The translations under genes and the position numbers were made by a program. The notes below the pieces were generated by a model that saw nothing but the letters and a program-made list of their open reading frames with translations, ran no database searches and had not been told where the DNA came from. 64,000 nucleotides of DNA, from the NCBI GenBank assembly GCA_964521915.1, contig CAZFTP010000008.1, positions 1,497-65,496 on the forward strand, read 5' to 3'. This document shows, one piece after another, positions 20,533 to 30,058 of this stretch (its first letter is position 1; each line of letters begins with the position of its first letter). This stretch comes from an uncultured Candidatus Marinamargulisbacteria bacterium. GTDB lineage: Bacteria > Margulisbacteria > Marinamargulisbacteria > CAZFTP01.

Positions 20533-21720
20533 TTATTTTGTAATTAAATGAAAAATAATAATCCCTAGAGATATCATGCCATAAATTATATTAGGTAACC
20601 AAGCTCCAAAAAAGGGAGATAAAAAATCCCCTCTACCTAAAGACCTACAAATAGCAATCAGAAAAAAATAAAACCCAACTAATAACCCTGCTATACAAAT
20701 TGCAATAATTACTCCCCACCAATCTTTTCCTGAACGAACAAAAGTTAAACATAAAGCTAAACCCATTAAACCAAAAATAAGACAAGCCATAGGCATACTA
20801 AATTTCATATGATAATCTACTTTTAAAGCATTAGAGCTTAACCCGCTTTTTTCTAATTCTTTTATTTTGTTTTTTAATTCTTGTGAATCCATTTCCCTGG
20901 CAGTACGTTGTTCGGTATAAAAACTAGCAATTTCTTGATCTACATGAATTTTCATTTCCGAAAATTGATTAGAATATTCTATTTGTCCATTACTATCTAA
21001 AGCCTGCATAGTCCCCTGCTTTAAAACCCAAGTTTTTTTATCCCAATTAGCTATTCTGGCTGTAATAATAGACGGAAAATCCGCAGTTAATTGAAAAACC
21101 ATAACATTTTTCATTTGCTTAGTTTTAGAATCTATTTCTTTAATATAAAAATAACGATTTCCTTCATCTTTAAAAAATATATTAACAGCTATTTGAGGCG
21201 GCGGGGTTTTATAAATTTCTTTTCTTATTAAAGAATCAGAAATTCTATTAGCCCAAGGCACAACTTCTTCTTCAATCATAAAAGAAAAAAACATGGTAAA
21301 AATAGTAAGTACTATTACAGGTGCTAAAATTCTAGCAAAACTAACGCCTGAAGAACGTAAAACCGTAATTTCATTATCCTTGGCCATTCTTACTAACAGA
21401 AGCATGATAGCAAATAATAGAGCCATAGGAAAAAAAAGAACCATTATTGCTGGTATTTTATAAATTAATAACCGGAAAACAACAAAAAAAGAAACTCCAG
21501 AATTAATAAAAAGATCTACTAAAGTAAAAAGGATATCAATAATGCCAATAATTACAAAGCCAAAAACTGCTAACAAAAAAGGTCCGCTATATTCTTGGCA
21601 AATATAAGTATCAAAAATTGAAAGCCGAAACTTAATAATTTTTTTATACCAATCAGATAAATTGATTAGATATATTTTACTGAAAAAAGAATTTAATGCA
21701 TTATCAAACCTAGAGCTCAT
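20533..21720 (-). CDS. LptF/LptG family LPS export permease (YjgP/YjgQ)
   Basis: It has six TM segments with a large periplasmic loop between TM3 and TM4. The start is moved to the internal Met (MSSRF...) to avoid overlap with rpsU. The ORF-track start is at 21795. Confidence 0.7.
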   Translation of the reverse strand: MSSRFDNALNSFFSKIYLINLSDWYKKIIKFRLSIFDTYICQEYSGPFLLAVFGFVIIGIIDILFTLVDLFINSGVSFFVVFRLLIYKIPAIMVLFFPMALLFAIMLLLVRMAKDNEITVLRSSGVSFARILAPVIVLTIFTMFFSFMIEEEVVPWANRISDSLIRKEIYKTPPPQIAVNIFFKDEGNRYFYIKEIDSKTKQMKNVMVFQLTADFPSIITARIANWDKKTWVLKQGTMQALDSNGQIEYSNQFSEMKIHVDQEIASFYTEQRTAREMDSQELKNKIKELEKSGLSSNALKVDYHMKFSMPMACLIFGLMGLALCLTFVRSGKDWWGVIIAICIAGLLVGFYFFLIAICRSLGRGDFLSPFFGAWLPNIIYGMISLGIIIFHLITK

Positions 21721-21907
21721 TCGCTTTATGTTGCAAATAAGTCCTTCTTTCTGCGGCTCTTTTTCTTTTCTTTTTTTCATCAGAAGGCTTTTCATAAAAC
21801 TCTCTTTTTCTTACTTCCTGTAAAACACCTTCCATTTTCATTTTTTTATTGAATTTTCTCAAGAGAGAATCTATTGTTTCCCCTGGTTTTTTTTCTAAAA
21901 TTGCCAT
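21710..21907 (-). CDS. rpsU: 30S ribosomal protein S21
   Basis: 65 aa. The segment LRKFNKKMKMEGVLQEVRKREFYEKPSDEKKKRKRAAERR matches the S21 consensus (...GVL.EVRRREFYEKP...). Confidence 0.85.
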   Translation of the reverse strand: MAILEKKPGETIDSLLRKFNKKMKMEGVLQEVRKREFYEKPSDEKKKRKRAAERRTYLQHKANEL

Positions 21908-21931
21908 ATTAATTGCCCCTTTATAATTAAA

Positions 21932-22273
21932 TTAGCCCGGCGGCCAGTTCATTACACGCCCGCTCAACAAATGAAAATGCAGATGATCAACAGATTGACC
22001 TGCTTCCGAACCAGTATTTGTTACAAGCCTAAAGCCTTTTGATTCTAAATCTAAATCATTATTCAGTTTTTTCACAACTTCAATGATATTTTGCATTATT
22101 TTAACATCTTCAGGGCTAAATTGTAATATATTTTTAATATGTTTTTTAGGAATAATTAAATAATGAATAGGCGCTTGAGGATGAATATCCTCAAAAACTA
22201 AAACTGTATCATTTTCATAAATTTTTTTACTTGGAATTATGCCTTTAACAACATCACAAAAAATACAAGTCAA
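21932..22273 (-). CDS. HIT-family (histidine triad) nucleotide hydrolase
   Basis: 113 aa with an HxHxHxx motif (HLHFHLL) near the C-terminus. Confidence 0.85.
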   Translation of the reverse strand: MTCIFCDVVKGIIPSKKIYENDTVLVFEDIHPQAPIHYLIIPKKHIKNILQFSPEDVKIMQNIIEVVKKLNNDLDLESKGFRLVTNTGSEAGQSVDHLHFHLLSGRVMNWPPG

Positions 22274-23016
22274 TATTTGTCCTCCTCAAATTTTTGAGCT
22301 TCATAAAAACCTGGGTCTAATTTGCCATGATCATAATTTGTTTTTTCATGTTTTAAACAACATTTTAATTTATTGCATTCACCAGTTAATTTATTCAAAT
22401 TAATAGCTAACCCTTGTTCTCTTGCAAATTTCACCGAAATAGCACTCCATTTTTTTATAAAAGAACAACAACATAATTGATATCCGCAAACGCCTACTCC
22501 GCCTAACATTTTAGCTAAATTTCTTTCGCTAATTGCCTCTATATTAACCCGACAATTTAAGGCTTTCCTGGCTTCAGCCATAATTTCTTTTAAAGGTATT
22601 TTTTGAGAATTCTCCTTTTCTATTTCTTTATAAAATACATAAAAAATTGATTTGTCAAAAATTAATTCCGTATGACAAATTTTTATTAAATTCTCCACTT
22701 TGTACTTAACAAAAATATTCTGAATTAATGACTTATACTCTTTCTCTAAGACTGGTAATTGATTAATATTTAATAAATCTTCTGCATTAACTTTTCTGAT
22801 AATTTTTTTTACAAACAAAGTATTTTCATTCTCTTGCCCACGACTATTTCTATTTGCATAACAAAAACAATTTTTAATTTCACCAAACTCAATACCTCTA
22901 TTAGTTTCAACAATAAAGATATCCCCGATTTTACAATCTTCATTAGTTTGATTAAGAGGAATAATTTTCCCTTGATTATTAATTGAAATTCCAAATTTAT
23001 AGTTTTTGTTTTCCAT
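22270..23016 (-). CDS. PSP1 C-terminal domain protein (RicT/YaaT-like)
   Basis: 248 aa. It has a Cys-rich C-terminal PSP1-like region (GGVGVCGYQLCCCSF...CNKLKCC). It is adjacent to holB, as in the holB-yaaT arrangement of Firmicutes. Confidence 0.7.
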   Translation of the reverse strand: MENKNYKFGISINNQGKIIPLNQTNEDCKIGDIFIVETNRGIEFGEIKNCFCYANRNSRGQENENTLFVKKIIRKVNAEDLLNINQLPVLEKEYKSLIQNIFVKYKVENLIKICHTELIFDKSIFYVFYKEIEKENSQKIPLKEIMAEARKALNCRVNIEAISERNLAKMLGGVGVCGYQLCCCSFIKKWSAISVKFAREQGLAINLNKLTGECNKLKCCLKHEKTNYDHGKLDPGFYEAQKFEEDKY

Positions 23017-23019
23017 AGT

Positions 23020-23874
23020 TTAATTTAAATTCAATAATAAATTTTCTAAATGTAATCTTAAATTTAGATTATACTTCATTTGTAGAGTTTTAGCGATAAT
23101 TTTTTCTAATCGTATTTTATTTTTTAATGGTTCATTCAATAATTCTTTGAGCCATAATTTAAAAATAATATTAATTTGTTCTTTATTCTTCTTAGCTATT
23201 TTTTCAGCCATATTCATTTTTTCAATTTCATTATAGTTTAATATTTCTTGTATAGATTGATAATCTAAATTTTCTAAAATCTCTGGGTCTTCTAAATAAT
23301 ACTTTATTAATTCTAAATTATGATTGTTTTTCATTAAAATATTCTGTTGTTCAGTCTCAGAAAAAGTTTTGAGAAAATTAGAAATATCATTATCTGAAAT
23401 AGTAGTTAAGTTAATAATCTGTGAACGAGATTTAATAGTAGGCAAAACATCTAAAATATTTTTAGTCATCAAAATAAACATTACTTTTTCTATTGGTTCT
23501 TCCAGGGTTTTCAAAAAAGCATTACTTGCTTCAATCGAAATATTATTAAAATTTGCAAAAACAACAACTAAATAATTATTTTGAGTAGGTCCATATTTAA
23601 TAAAATCCTGGATATTTCTAATAGTTTCCACATTGATTTTGGTATCATCAGATATAAAATAATAATCTATACTATTTTGATTATTAATACTAAGACAATT
23701 TTTGCATTTATAACAAGGTGCATTTAATTGTTCAGAACAATTTAATAATTTTACAAATTCAAAAGCCGTATTTTTCACAAAAGCACCAACTTGCCCCGAT
23801 AGAATATAACTATGGCTAACGGTTTTATTAAAATAAGATTGTTTTAAAATATGGTATGCTTTATTATTAATCAT
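23020..23874 (-). CDS. holB: DNA polymerase III subunit delta'
   Basis: 284 aa. It has a degenerate Walker A region (YILSGQVGAF) and a Cys-rich zinc module (CYKCKNC), typical of delta'. Confidence 0.75.
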   Translation of the reverse strand: MINNKAYHILKQSYFNKTVSHSYILSGQVGAFVKNTAFEFVKLLNCSEQLNAPCYKCKNCLSINNQNSIDYYFISDDTKINVETIRNIQDFIKYGPTQNNYLVVVFANFNNISIEASNAFLKTLEEPIEKVMFILMTKNILDVLPTIKSRSQIINLTTISDNDISNFLKTFSETEQQNILMKNNHNLELIKYYLEDPEILENLDYQSIQEILNYNEIEKMNMAEKIAKKNKEQINIIFKLWLKELLNEPLKNKIRLEKIIAKTLQMKYNLNLRLHLENLLLNLN

Positions 23875-23879
23875 GTTAT

Positions 23880-24905
23880 TTGTGTTATAATATTATAATA
23901 CCAATGTTGAAAAAATATAATCTTTTCTTATATACTTTAGTTTTACTAATACTTTTAGGTTTCTTAGTAATAATTATTTCCTTTTTACCAATATTTATTC
24001 TAAAAATTAGTTTCTTACTATTTTTTTTAATTCTTTATGTCCTATTATATTTATTAATCAATAAAACTGAACTTTCTCGTTTAAAACCCATAGTTGTTAA
24101 TGTTCAAGAAAAAAAATATCTAAAAGATTTAGAAATGGCTAAAAGAGTACAAGAAGGTTTACTTTCCGTTGAAAATCCAAATATTAAAGGTTTTAAAATT
24201 GTGAAAAAATGTGTTCCTGCAGAAATTATTGGTGGTGATTTTTATACTTTTTCTTATAATGATTTTCAATCTTTAAACGAAAAAACAAAACTACCTGGGG
24301 TTATTGAATATTTGGATAAAAAATCCGCTTTTCTTAATATTATTCTTGGCGATGTTGCCGGGCACGGAGTTACCTCTGCCTTAGTTATGGCTCTAGCTTC
24401 AGGTTTATTACGGGAACTAAGTCTATCTGAAAAATCACCAGCCATAGCGTTAGAAAAAGCTAATGAAATCTTATTCAAATATATTGCTAATTCACAAATT
24501 AGTTATGTTACCGCTTTTTTTGTCTCCATAAATTTAGAAAACCATAAAATTTCTTATGCAAAAGCCGGACACCCTGCTGGGCTACTAATTCACAACAATG
24601 GCAACATTACCACTTTAGATGCCAATGGTATTTTTCTAGGGATGTTTGATCATGAAGAATACGAGGAAAAACAAACTCAATTAAATAAAGGGGATAAATT
24701 ATTTTTGTATACGGACGGTATTATTGAAGCACAAAATGAAAATCATCAAGCTTTTGGTTTAGACAGATTAATTAATGTGATTAAAAATAACTTTGAAAAA
24801 AGTAGCGAAGAAATCATGGATTTTATTTTTAATACCATAAAAAACTTTACAAATACACAATCCGCTAAAGATGATCAAAGTTTAATTATAATCGAATTAA
24901 CATAA
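23880..24905 (+). CDS. Membrane-anchored PP2C-type (SpoIIE-like) serine phosphatase
   Basis: It has N-terminal TM helices followed by a PP2C domain with GDVAGHGVTSALVMA and a DGIIEAQNE metal-binding motif. Confidence 0.75.
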   Translation: MCYNIIIPMLKKYNLFLYTLVLLILLGFLVIIISFLPIFILKISFLLFFLILYVLLYLLINKTELSRLKPIVVNVQEKKYLKDLEMAKRVQEGLLSVENPNIKGFKIVKKCVPAEIIGGDFYTFSYNDFQSLNEKTKLPGVIEYLDKKSAFLNIILGDVAGHGVTSALVMALASGLLRELSLSEKSPAIALEKANEILFKYIANSQISYVTAFFVSINLENHKISYAKAGHPAGLLIHNNGNITTLDANGIFLGMFDHEEYEEKQTQLNKGDKLFLYTDGIIEAQNENHQAFGLDRLINVIKNNFEKSSEEIMDFIFNTIKNFTNTQSAKDDQSLIIIELT

Positions 24906-24973
24906 AAAAGTGCTTGCATTCGAAATAAGATTAGGTAAAATAAGAATATAATCAAATTTTTAAGGAGGCTAAA

Positions 24974-25120
24974 ATGGCTCAAGGTTATTGCGTAAAATGT
25001 AAATCTAAAAAAGATATGGCAGATACTCAAGAAGTTGTAATGAAAAACGGCAGAAAAGCAATGAAAGGAAAATGTTCTTCTTGCGGAACTGCAATGTACA
25101 AAATTTTAGGTAAAGCCTAA
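24974..25120 (+). CDS. Small zinc-ribbon protein (about 48 aa, CxxC...CxxC), absent from the 60-aa ORF track
   Basis: It has a strong Shine-Dalgarno (taAGGAGGctaaaATG). The protein is MAQGYCVKCKSKKDMADTQEVVMKNGRKAMKGKCSSCGTAMYKILGKA, with two CxxC pairs. Confidence 0.6.
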   Translation: MAQGYCVKCKSKKDMADTQEVVMKNGRKAMKGKCSSCGTAMYKILGKA

Positions 25121-25134
25121 AGTTAATTTACTAT

Positions 25135-25229
25135 GGGGCTGACTCAAAAGTTCGTCAGGCGAGGCGTTTTGAGCACGAGCGCGCGAGTGCGAAACGCAAC
25201 GAAGCATCACGGACTTTTGGGATAGCCCC
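25135..25229. repeat. GC-rich palindromic repeat element, copy 1 (ggggctgactcaaaagt ... acttttgggatagcccc)
   Basis: A 95-bp element with about 60% GC sits in an AT-rich background. Its terminal inverted repeats are ggggctg/tagcccc and caaaagt/acttttg. The second copy is at 31556-31697. Confidence 0.8.
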
Positions 25230-25230
25230 T

Positions 25231-26466
25231 TTAATTATTAATCTTCTCAAAATGTTGTTTTGATTTCTGATATGCTTCATCAATAAATGTTACCCAGTTT
25301 AAATTTTTTTCTTCTAATGATCTGCTAAAACGCTCTTTTTTTATTTTTGCCATTTCAGGCGGAAAAATTTTATCAAACAAGGCGTTGATTGCTTCCCTCC
25401 CTTCTTTGGAAGTAAACTTTTTCTTTAGTTGATTATTCAGGGCAAAATAATGCTTTTTGAATAATTGAAGGTATTTTTCCTTTATTTCCTCATCTAAAGT
25501 ATGAAGCATATGTAATTCAACACCATCTTTTAAATAATCTTGCCTAATCCAGTAATCTTCCGGTTTATTTGGTCCCGAAGGATATAAGACAAATTCATGA
25601 TCAATTGGCCAAAGATTGTTTTTTTTATCCACTAAATAATTACCAAAGATTTCTTTATCTAACATACCTAAGTAACGATCTCCTTTATTTATCAAATCAA
25701 AAGCCGCGGAAAATTCCGCTAATTTTTTTATCCAGTAATCTAAGCAAGGATAATATTCTTTTTTCAATTTGTGGTTTTCAAAAAGTTCAGAGGAAGGTTT
25801 TGCCTCTTCTAAATATTGCGTTAAAATAAAATTACCATTTATTACTGACGAAGTTTTAAAACAGTGCTTGAATTCACATAGTTTTAAATATTCGTTAGTA
25901 AAATATTCGTTCATGATTTTTTCAGTTTCTTTTTGTTTTATGATGATTTTAATTTCTTTTTCATTTACCTTATAGTGAAGAAGATAAACAAATTGACCCG
26001 GTGGGGTAGTATCTAAAGAAGAAGATAAATCTGTTACTTCTGTTAAACAAAAATCGGAAATAGCTTTTTCCCTAGTTAATTTTTGCAAAAAATTTTTGAC
26101 CTCTTCTTGATACGGTAAAAGTTTATTGGTAAAAATTTTTACTCTATCTTCTTTACTTAGGTATTCATTAATAAATTTACGACAAATTTTTATATGGTCT
26201 CCTAATTTTTGCTGAAATTCCAGAGATTCAATATTAGCTGTTCTTAAGACTTCAGACCATTTGTAGGCTTTTTTTATAAATAAATCTGGGCTTAATAGAT
26301 TATTTAAAAGTTCTTCCTGGCTCAATAACTTAAAATGTTGTGAGATTTTATCTTGCGCAAATGCTAAAAAAGAATAAATAGATTGATTTATTCTGGTAAG
26401 AAAAACTTGATCTTCTAGCAAAGAAAACGGTGACGAATTTAATAAACTAATTATTTTCTTCATCAT
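25231..26466 (-). CDS. Hypothetical protein, possibly with a protein-kinase-like (APH/CotS-type) fold
   Basis: 411 aa. The segment GDRYLGMLDKEIFGNYLVDKKNNLWPIDHEF weakly resembles the catalytic loop (HxDxxxxN) plus IDxE motif of the APH/choline-kinase superfamily. The similarity is weak. Confidence 0.3.
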   Translation of the reverse strand: MMKKIISLLNSSPFSLLEDQVFLTRINQSIYSFLAFAQDKISQHFKLLSQEELLNNLLSPDLFIKKAYKWSEVLRTANIESLEFQQKLGDHIKICRKFINEYLSKEDRVKIFTNKLLPYQEEVKNFLQKLTREKAISDFCLTEVTDLSSSLDTTPPGQFVYLLHYKVNEKEIKIIIKQKETEKIMNEYFTNEYLKLCEFKHCFKTSSVINGNFILTQYLEEAKPSSELFENHKLKKEYYPCLDYWIKKLAEFSAAFDLINKGDRYLGMLDKEIFGNYLVDKKNNLWPIDHEFVLYPSGPNKPEDYWIRQDYLKDGVELHMLHTLDEEIKEKYLQLFKKHYFALNNQLKKKFTSKEGREAINALFDKIFPPEMAKIKKERFSRSLEEKNLNWVTFIDEAYQKSKQHFEKINN

Positions 26467-26528
26467 TATAATAAATTCCTTTGATATTTATCGGAATAAA
26501 TAATAAAAGATTGCTAGTGAAAGAATTG

Positions 26529-27188
26529 TTATTTTACTGCTTTATGTAAATAACAAGGTTTTAAAGTTAAATAATGACTTTTTTCCTGAGCTTGAAAAGC
26601 AGACTGCGCCATTTCCGCAATTATTGTACCTTTTAAGAAAAAATGACTAATTAACCTTACTGCAGTATTATTAAAAACATCAGTTAAATCTAATTTTGAC
26701 GATAAATTAATTACATAAACCGGCTCTTTAATTTTAATTAAATTATTAGTAATAACAGCTAAATCTGCACTAAAATCGTTAGTTAACCGCATAACTTTTT
26801 CATTATTAACACTAAATACAGCTAAATTAATGAAATCTTGATAAGCTTTCATAACAGGAAAATAGATACCATCATTTTTTTTAAAATGATTTACCGCTGT
26901 TAATAAAGTAGAAAAACCATAAATAGGGATGCCGTATAACATTGCAATAGTTTTAGCAAAAGTAATAGAAACACGTAAACCAGTATATGACCCAGGTCCA
27001 TTGATAATGCCAATACCAGATAAATCTGGATATTTTAAATTATTCTTATTTAAAAACTCCGCTACTTCTAAAACCAAGTTTTCTGAAAAATGTCTTTCAG
27101 GTTTAAAAGAATGTTCTGCTAATGGTTGCCCGCTGTTACTTATGCCAAGAGAAACTATTTCTGTGCTTAAATTAATACCTAAAAACAT
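26529..27188 (-). CDS. tsaB: tRNA threonylcarbamoyladenosine biosynthesis protein TsaB (YeaZ)
   Basis: 219 aa. It has an N-terminal ASKHA fold. The motif YTGLRVSITFAKTIAMLYGIPIYGFSTL matches the TsaB signature. Confidence 0.75.
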   Translation of the reverse strand: MFLGINLSTEIVSLGISNSGQPLAEHSFKPERHFSENLVLEVAEFLNKNNLKYPDLSGIGIINGPGSYTGLRVSITFAKTIAMLYGIPIYGFSTLLTAVNHFKKNDGIYFPVMKAYQDFINLAVFSVNNEKVMRLTNDFSADLAVITNNLIKIKEPVYVINLSSKLDLTDVFNNTAVRLISHFFLKGTIIAEMAQSAFQAQEKSHYLTLKPCYLHKAVK

Positions 27189-27308
27189 AAATTAATTTTT
27201 TCCTCTGTTCAAAAAATTTAATAATACTACAATATCATTAAAGCTCCTGTTTCAAAATAGTTTTTGGGTTTCTCAACAAATTTCAAATAATTTTCCATAC
27301 AAGTTATA

Positions 27309-29657
27309 ATGAAATTTCCCCGATATAAAAATATTATGGAAGTATTACCATTACCAATTCAAACTTCATTACCTAGTAAGGTAGCGCAGAGCAGTGCTGT
27401 AACGGGAGCTAAACCTGTTAAAGTTAGTACAGAAAGTTCCAAGGTTGAAAGCTTGCTATTAACAGGATTTAATATTGAAACAGTAGTGTCTCCTCAAACT
27501 AACAGGACTTTATTGTTACAAGCCGCCAGCGATAAACATTGGGATACGGTAGAATATCTACTTTCAAGAGGGGCAGATGGTAGTGCCAGAGATAGTTTAG
27601 CGCAAACTGTTTTTCAATATTTAATCCAGCCCAATACCAAACTTCCTAAAAATGCCGAAAGAATTTTGTTCCAATTATTAGCCTCTCATGCTATGGAGAT
27701 TAATGAAGCTGATACTAATACAGGTTTACGCCCTTTAGAAGCAGCAATACTAAATAGAAATTGGACTATAGTAGAACATTTATTAAACGCAGGAGCAGAG
27801 CAAATTAATACAAATAATCTGGAAATACTTCAAATAGTTAATGCTCTTGGTTTAACCGCTACACATGATCCAAGTTTACAAATGATTTTTTATCCCTTAG
27901 TTAATAGAATTGCCCGTAGTGTAGAAAATTCTCAAGAATTAATTGATTTATGTATTACCAACAAACTATTTCATTTGGCCGAACTTTTTATTGGGCAAAT
28001 GGTAGATGGCATAGATAAACCTAATGATAAAAAAGCTTTGTTATTATCATATATTAAATCGCAAGATTACCCAGGGAGTTTTAGGGTTAATTTGCTAAAA
28101 ACTTTTGCTAATTTATTTTCTAATAACCCGATACAAATGCCACCGGATGTAGCTATTTTAGTTGATATTTGTTTTCAAAACAAATTGTATGATTTAGCTA
28201 ATGCTTTAATTACCAGTAAATTAAAAAGTAAAAATAAAGCGGAAAAAATAGCTTTTCTTAAAAAAATGTTTTCCTTAAAATCTATTAATTCAAATTTCAA
28301 GGTTGAATTATTCTTAGAAACTAAAAGCATTTTTAATAAAAAAGAAATTATTCAAATTCTAAACGACATTGTAACAGATTATTTAGAAAATAGAAAAATG
28401 GGTAGCAGTAGTTATAAAGAAAATTCAAATGAAAAAATATTATGGGACATGATGAAAAAAATTTTTGGGACTAATAATCCCTCTCAAGTATTACGAAGAT
28501 TATTCTCTTTACAAGTTCAACCGCCAGTAGAAAATCTAGTTGATTATCTCTTCCTCAGAATTCCGTTAGAAGAAAGAGCAACACTATTAGAACCAGATCA
28601 TTATGGTCGCAGTATAATAGTAATGGCGGTTAGTCAAAGAAATGACGTTTTTTTAAGAGAGAGATTACTGATGCTAATTTTGGAACAACAGAGTAAAAAC
28701 CCAACTATAAGTTTTCGTAGCCTATTATTAACTCCTGATAGTAGCGGTTTTTCAGCTCTTTCTGCCGCTATGAATAGAGGAGATAGATCTTTAGTATTTG
28801 ATCTTACCAACCTCGCTATGAATAAGGATATTAACCCAGAACCACCAATTGATACCATTCTTACAAAACAAGATGATATAGTTCATTTAAATGCAAAAAT
28901 AGATATTTATCCTAAAAATAACCAAGGGAAAACTCCATTTGTCTATTTATTAGAAAATGAGACAAAAAATAAAGAGATCATACAAGAACAAGTAATATTT
29001 TTTTGTACCCAAAAATTAGTTACATATCAAGAAAACTTTGCGGAAATAATGAAAATTTTAAATCACCCTAATTTGAACAAAGCTCAAAAAAGAGAAAGAT
29101 TACAACTTTATTTAACGGCTTTTTTATCTATTGCTTTACAGATTGAAAATCCAATGCAATATGAAGGAATTAGAAATGCTGTTGATGCTTTAACTAATCA
29201 ATTATTTCTTTTCAATGAGTTTCCTTTAAGACAGGGTATTGTAAGCGAGAGATTTGGAAGAAAAACTTCTTTGTTTGATTTATTTATCAAATTTTTTACA
29301 GATACTCTTAATGAGGAAATAAAAAAAACCAAAACCAACTTTTCTACTGAGACCCCGGCTGAAATTCAACTGCCAGTTCAAGAATTTGTCAATTTGGAAA
29401 GCCAAATTAACAGCTTATCCTTCCTAATGAATCAATTTCAAACAGATCATCTAACTCGTCTTGCCCCTGATTCTCAATTAGCCACGGATTTAAGAGCTAT
29501 GCAATCAAAAATTAAAACTTTTCAAGCAGTAATTACTGGTAATCCTAAATTTCAAGAAATGAATACTAAATTAGAAAAATTAGTTAGAGTTATACAACTA
29601 TTTTTAGATAATGACGAACAATTTTTTAGTACTGCTAATCAAGCAATATTAGCTTAG
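27309..29657 (+). CDS. Ankyrin-repeat-containing protein (eukaryote-like), large C-terminal region of unknown function
   Basis: 782 aa. It has N-terminal ANK repeats (TLLLQAASDKHWDTVEYLLSRGADGSARD; LRPLEAAILNRNWTIVEHLLNAGAEQINTNN; later FSALSAAMNRGDRSLVFDLTNLAMNKDIN). There is no signal peptide. Confidence 0.65.
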   Translation: MKFPRYKNIMEVLPLPIQTSLPSKVAQSSAVTGAKPVKVSTESSKVESLLLTGFNIETVVSPQTNRTLLLQAASDKHWDTVEYLLSRGADGSARDSLAQTVFQYLIQPNTKLPKNAERILFQLLASHAMEINEADTNTGLRPLEAAILNRNWTIVEHLLNAGAEQINTNNLEILQIVNALGLTATHDPSLQMIFYPLVNRIARSVENSQELIDLCITNKLFHLAELFIGQMVDGIDKPNDKKALLLSYIKSQDYPGSFRVNLLKTFANLFSNNPIQMPPDVAILVDICFQNKLYDLANALITSKLKSKNKAEKIAFLKKMFSLKSINSNFKVELFLETKSIFNKKEIIQILNDIVTDYLENRKMGSSSYKENSNEKILWDMMKKIFGTNNPSQVLRRLFSLQVQPPVENLVDYLFLRIPLEERATLLEPDHYGRSIIVMAVSQRNDVFLRERLLMLILEQQSKNPTISFRSLLLTPDSSGFSALSAAMNRGDRSLVFDLTNLAMNKDINPEPPIDTILTKQDDIVHLNAKIDIYPKNNQGKTPFVYLLENETKNKEIIQEQVIFFCTQKLVTYQENFAEIMKILNHPNLNKAQKRERLQLYLTAFLSIALQIENPMQYEGIRNAVDALTNQLFLFNEFPLRQGIVSERFGRKTSLFDLFIKFFTDTLNEEIKKTKTNFSTETPAEIQLPVQEFVNLESQINSLSFLMNQFQTDHLTRLAPDSQLATDLRAMQSKIKTFQAVITGNPKFQEMNTKLEKLVRVIQLFLDNDEQFFSTANQAILA

Positions 29658-29667
29658 GTAGTTAATA

Positions 29668-30036
29668 ATGGAATTAAATATAACTAATTTATTAATGCAA
29701 AGAGAAACTGGTAAAAAAACAGCTTACCAATTTAGCGAAATTATCAAAAAAAAAGCAATTGATAGTATAAAAGATATTAGAAAAGCGATAATTCAAGATG
29801 ATATAGCTCAAGCCGTATCTTTAACAAGAGACAATCTGGCAATTATTTATCAGTTTAATGTGGCAGAAGCAATGGCATTAGCAAATCAATTATTAAGAGT
29901 TCTTAGTATAAAAATTGCTGATAGTCATGATGAATCTTTAAAAACCGAATATCAAAATAGTATAAAAAAAATACTAACTGCTATGCCAGATGATCCAGCA
30001 AAAAAGTTGTTAATGGCTAGATATGGAAAAAGTTAA
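29668..30036 (+). CDS. Hypothetical small helical protein, probably co-transcribed with the ankyrin protein
   Basis: 122 aa. It starts 10 nt after the preceding stop. No domains were recognised. Confidence 0.35.
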   Translation: MELNITNLLMQRETGKKTAYQFSEIIKKKAIDSIKDIRKAIIQDDIAQAVSLTRDNLAIIYQFNVAEAMALANQLLRVLSIKIADSHDESLKTEYQNSIKKILTAMPDDPAKKLLMARYGKS

Positions 30037-30058
30037 AATATTTTAATTTAATTACGTT

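Noticed and set aside
21720-21795. Extended N-terminus of the LptF/G-family gene overlapping rpsU by 86 nt
   Set aside because: An internal Met, MSSRF..., gives a start that avoids a long overlap with the highly conserved S21 gene. The upstream extension (MKSLLMKKRKEKEPQKEG...) has no family-conserved features.
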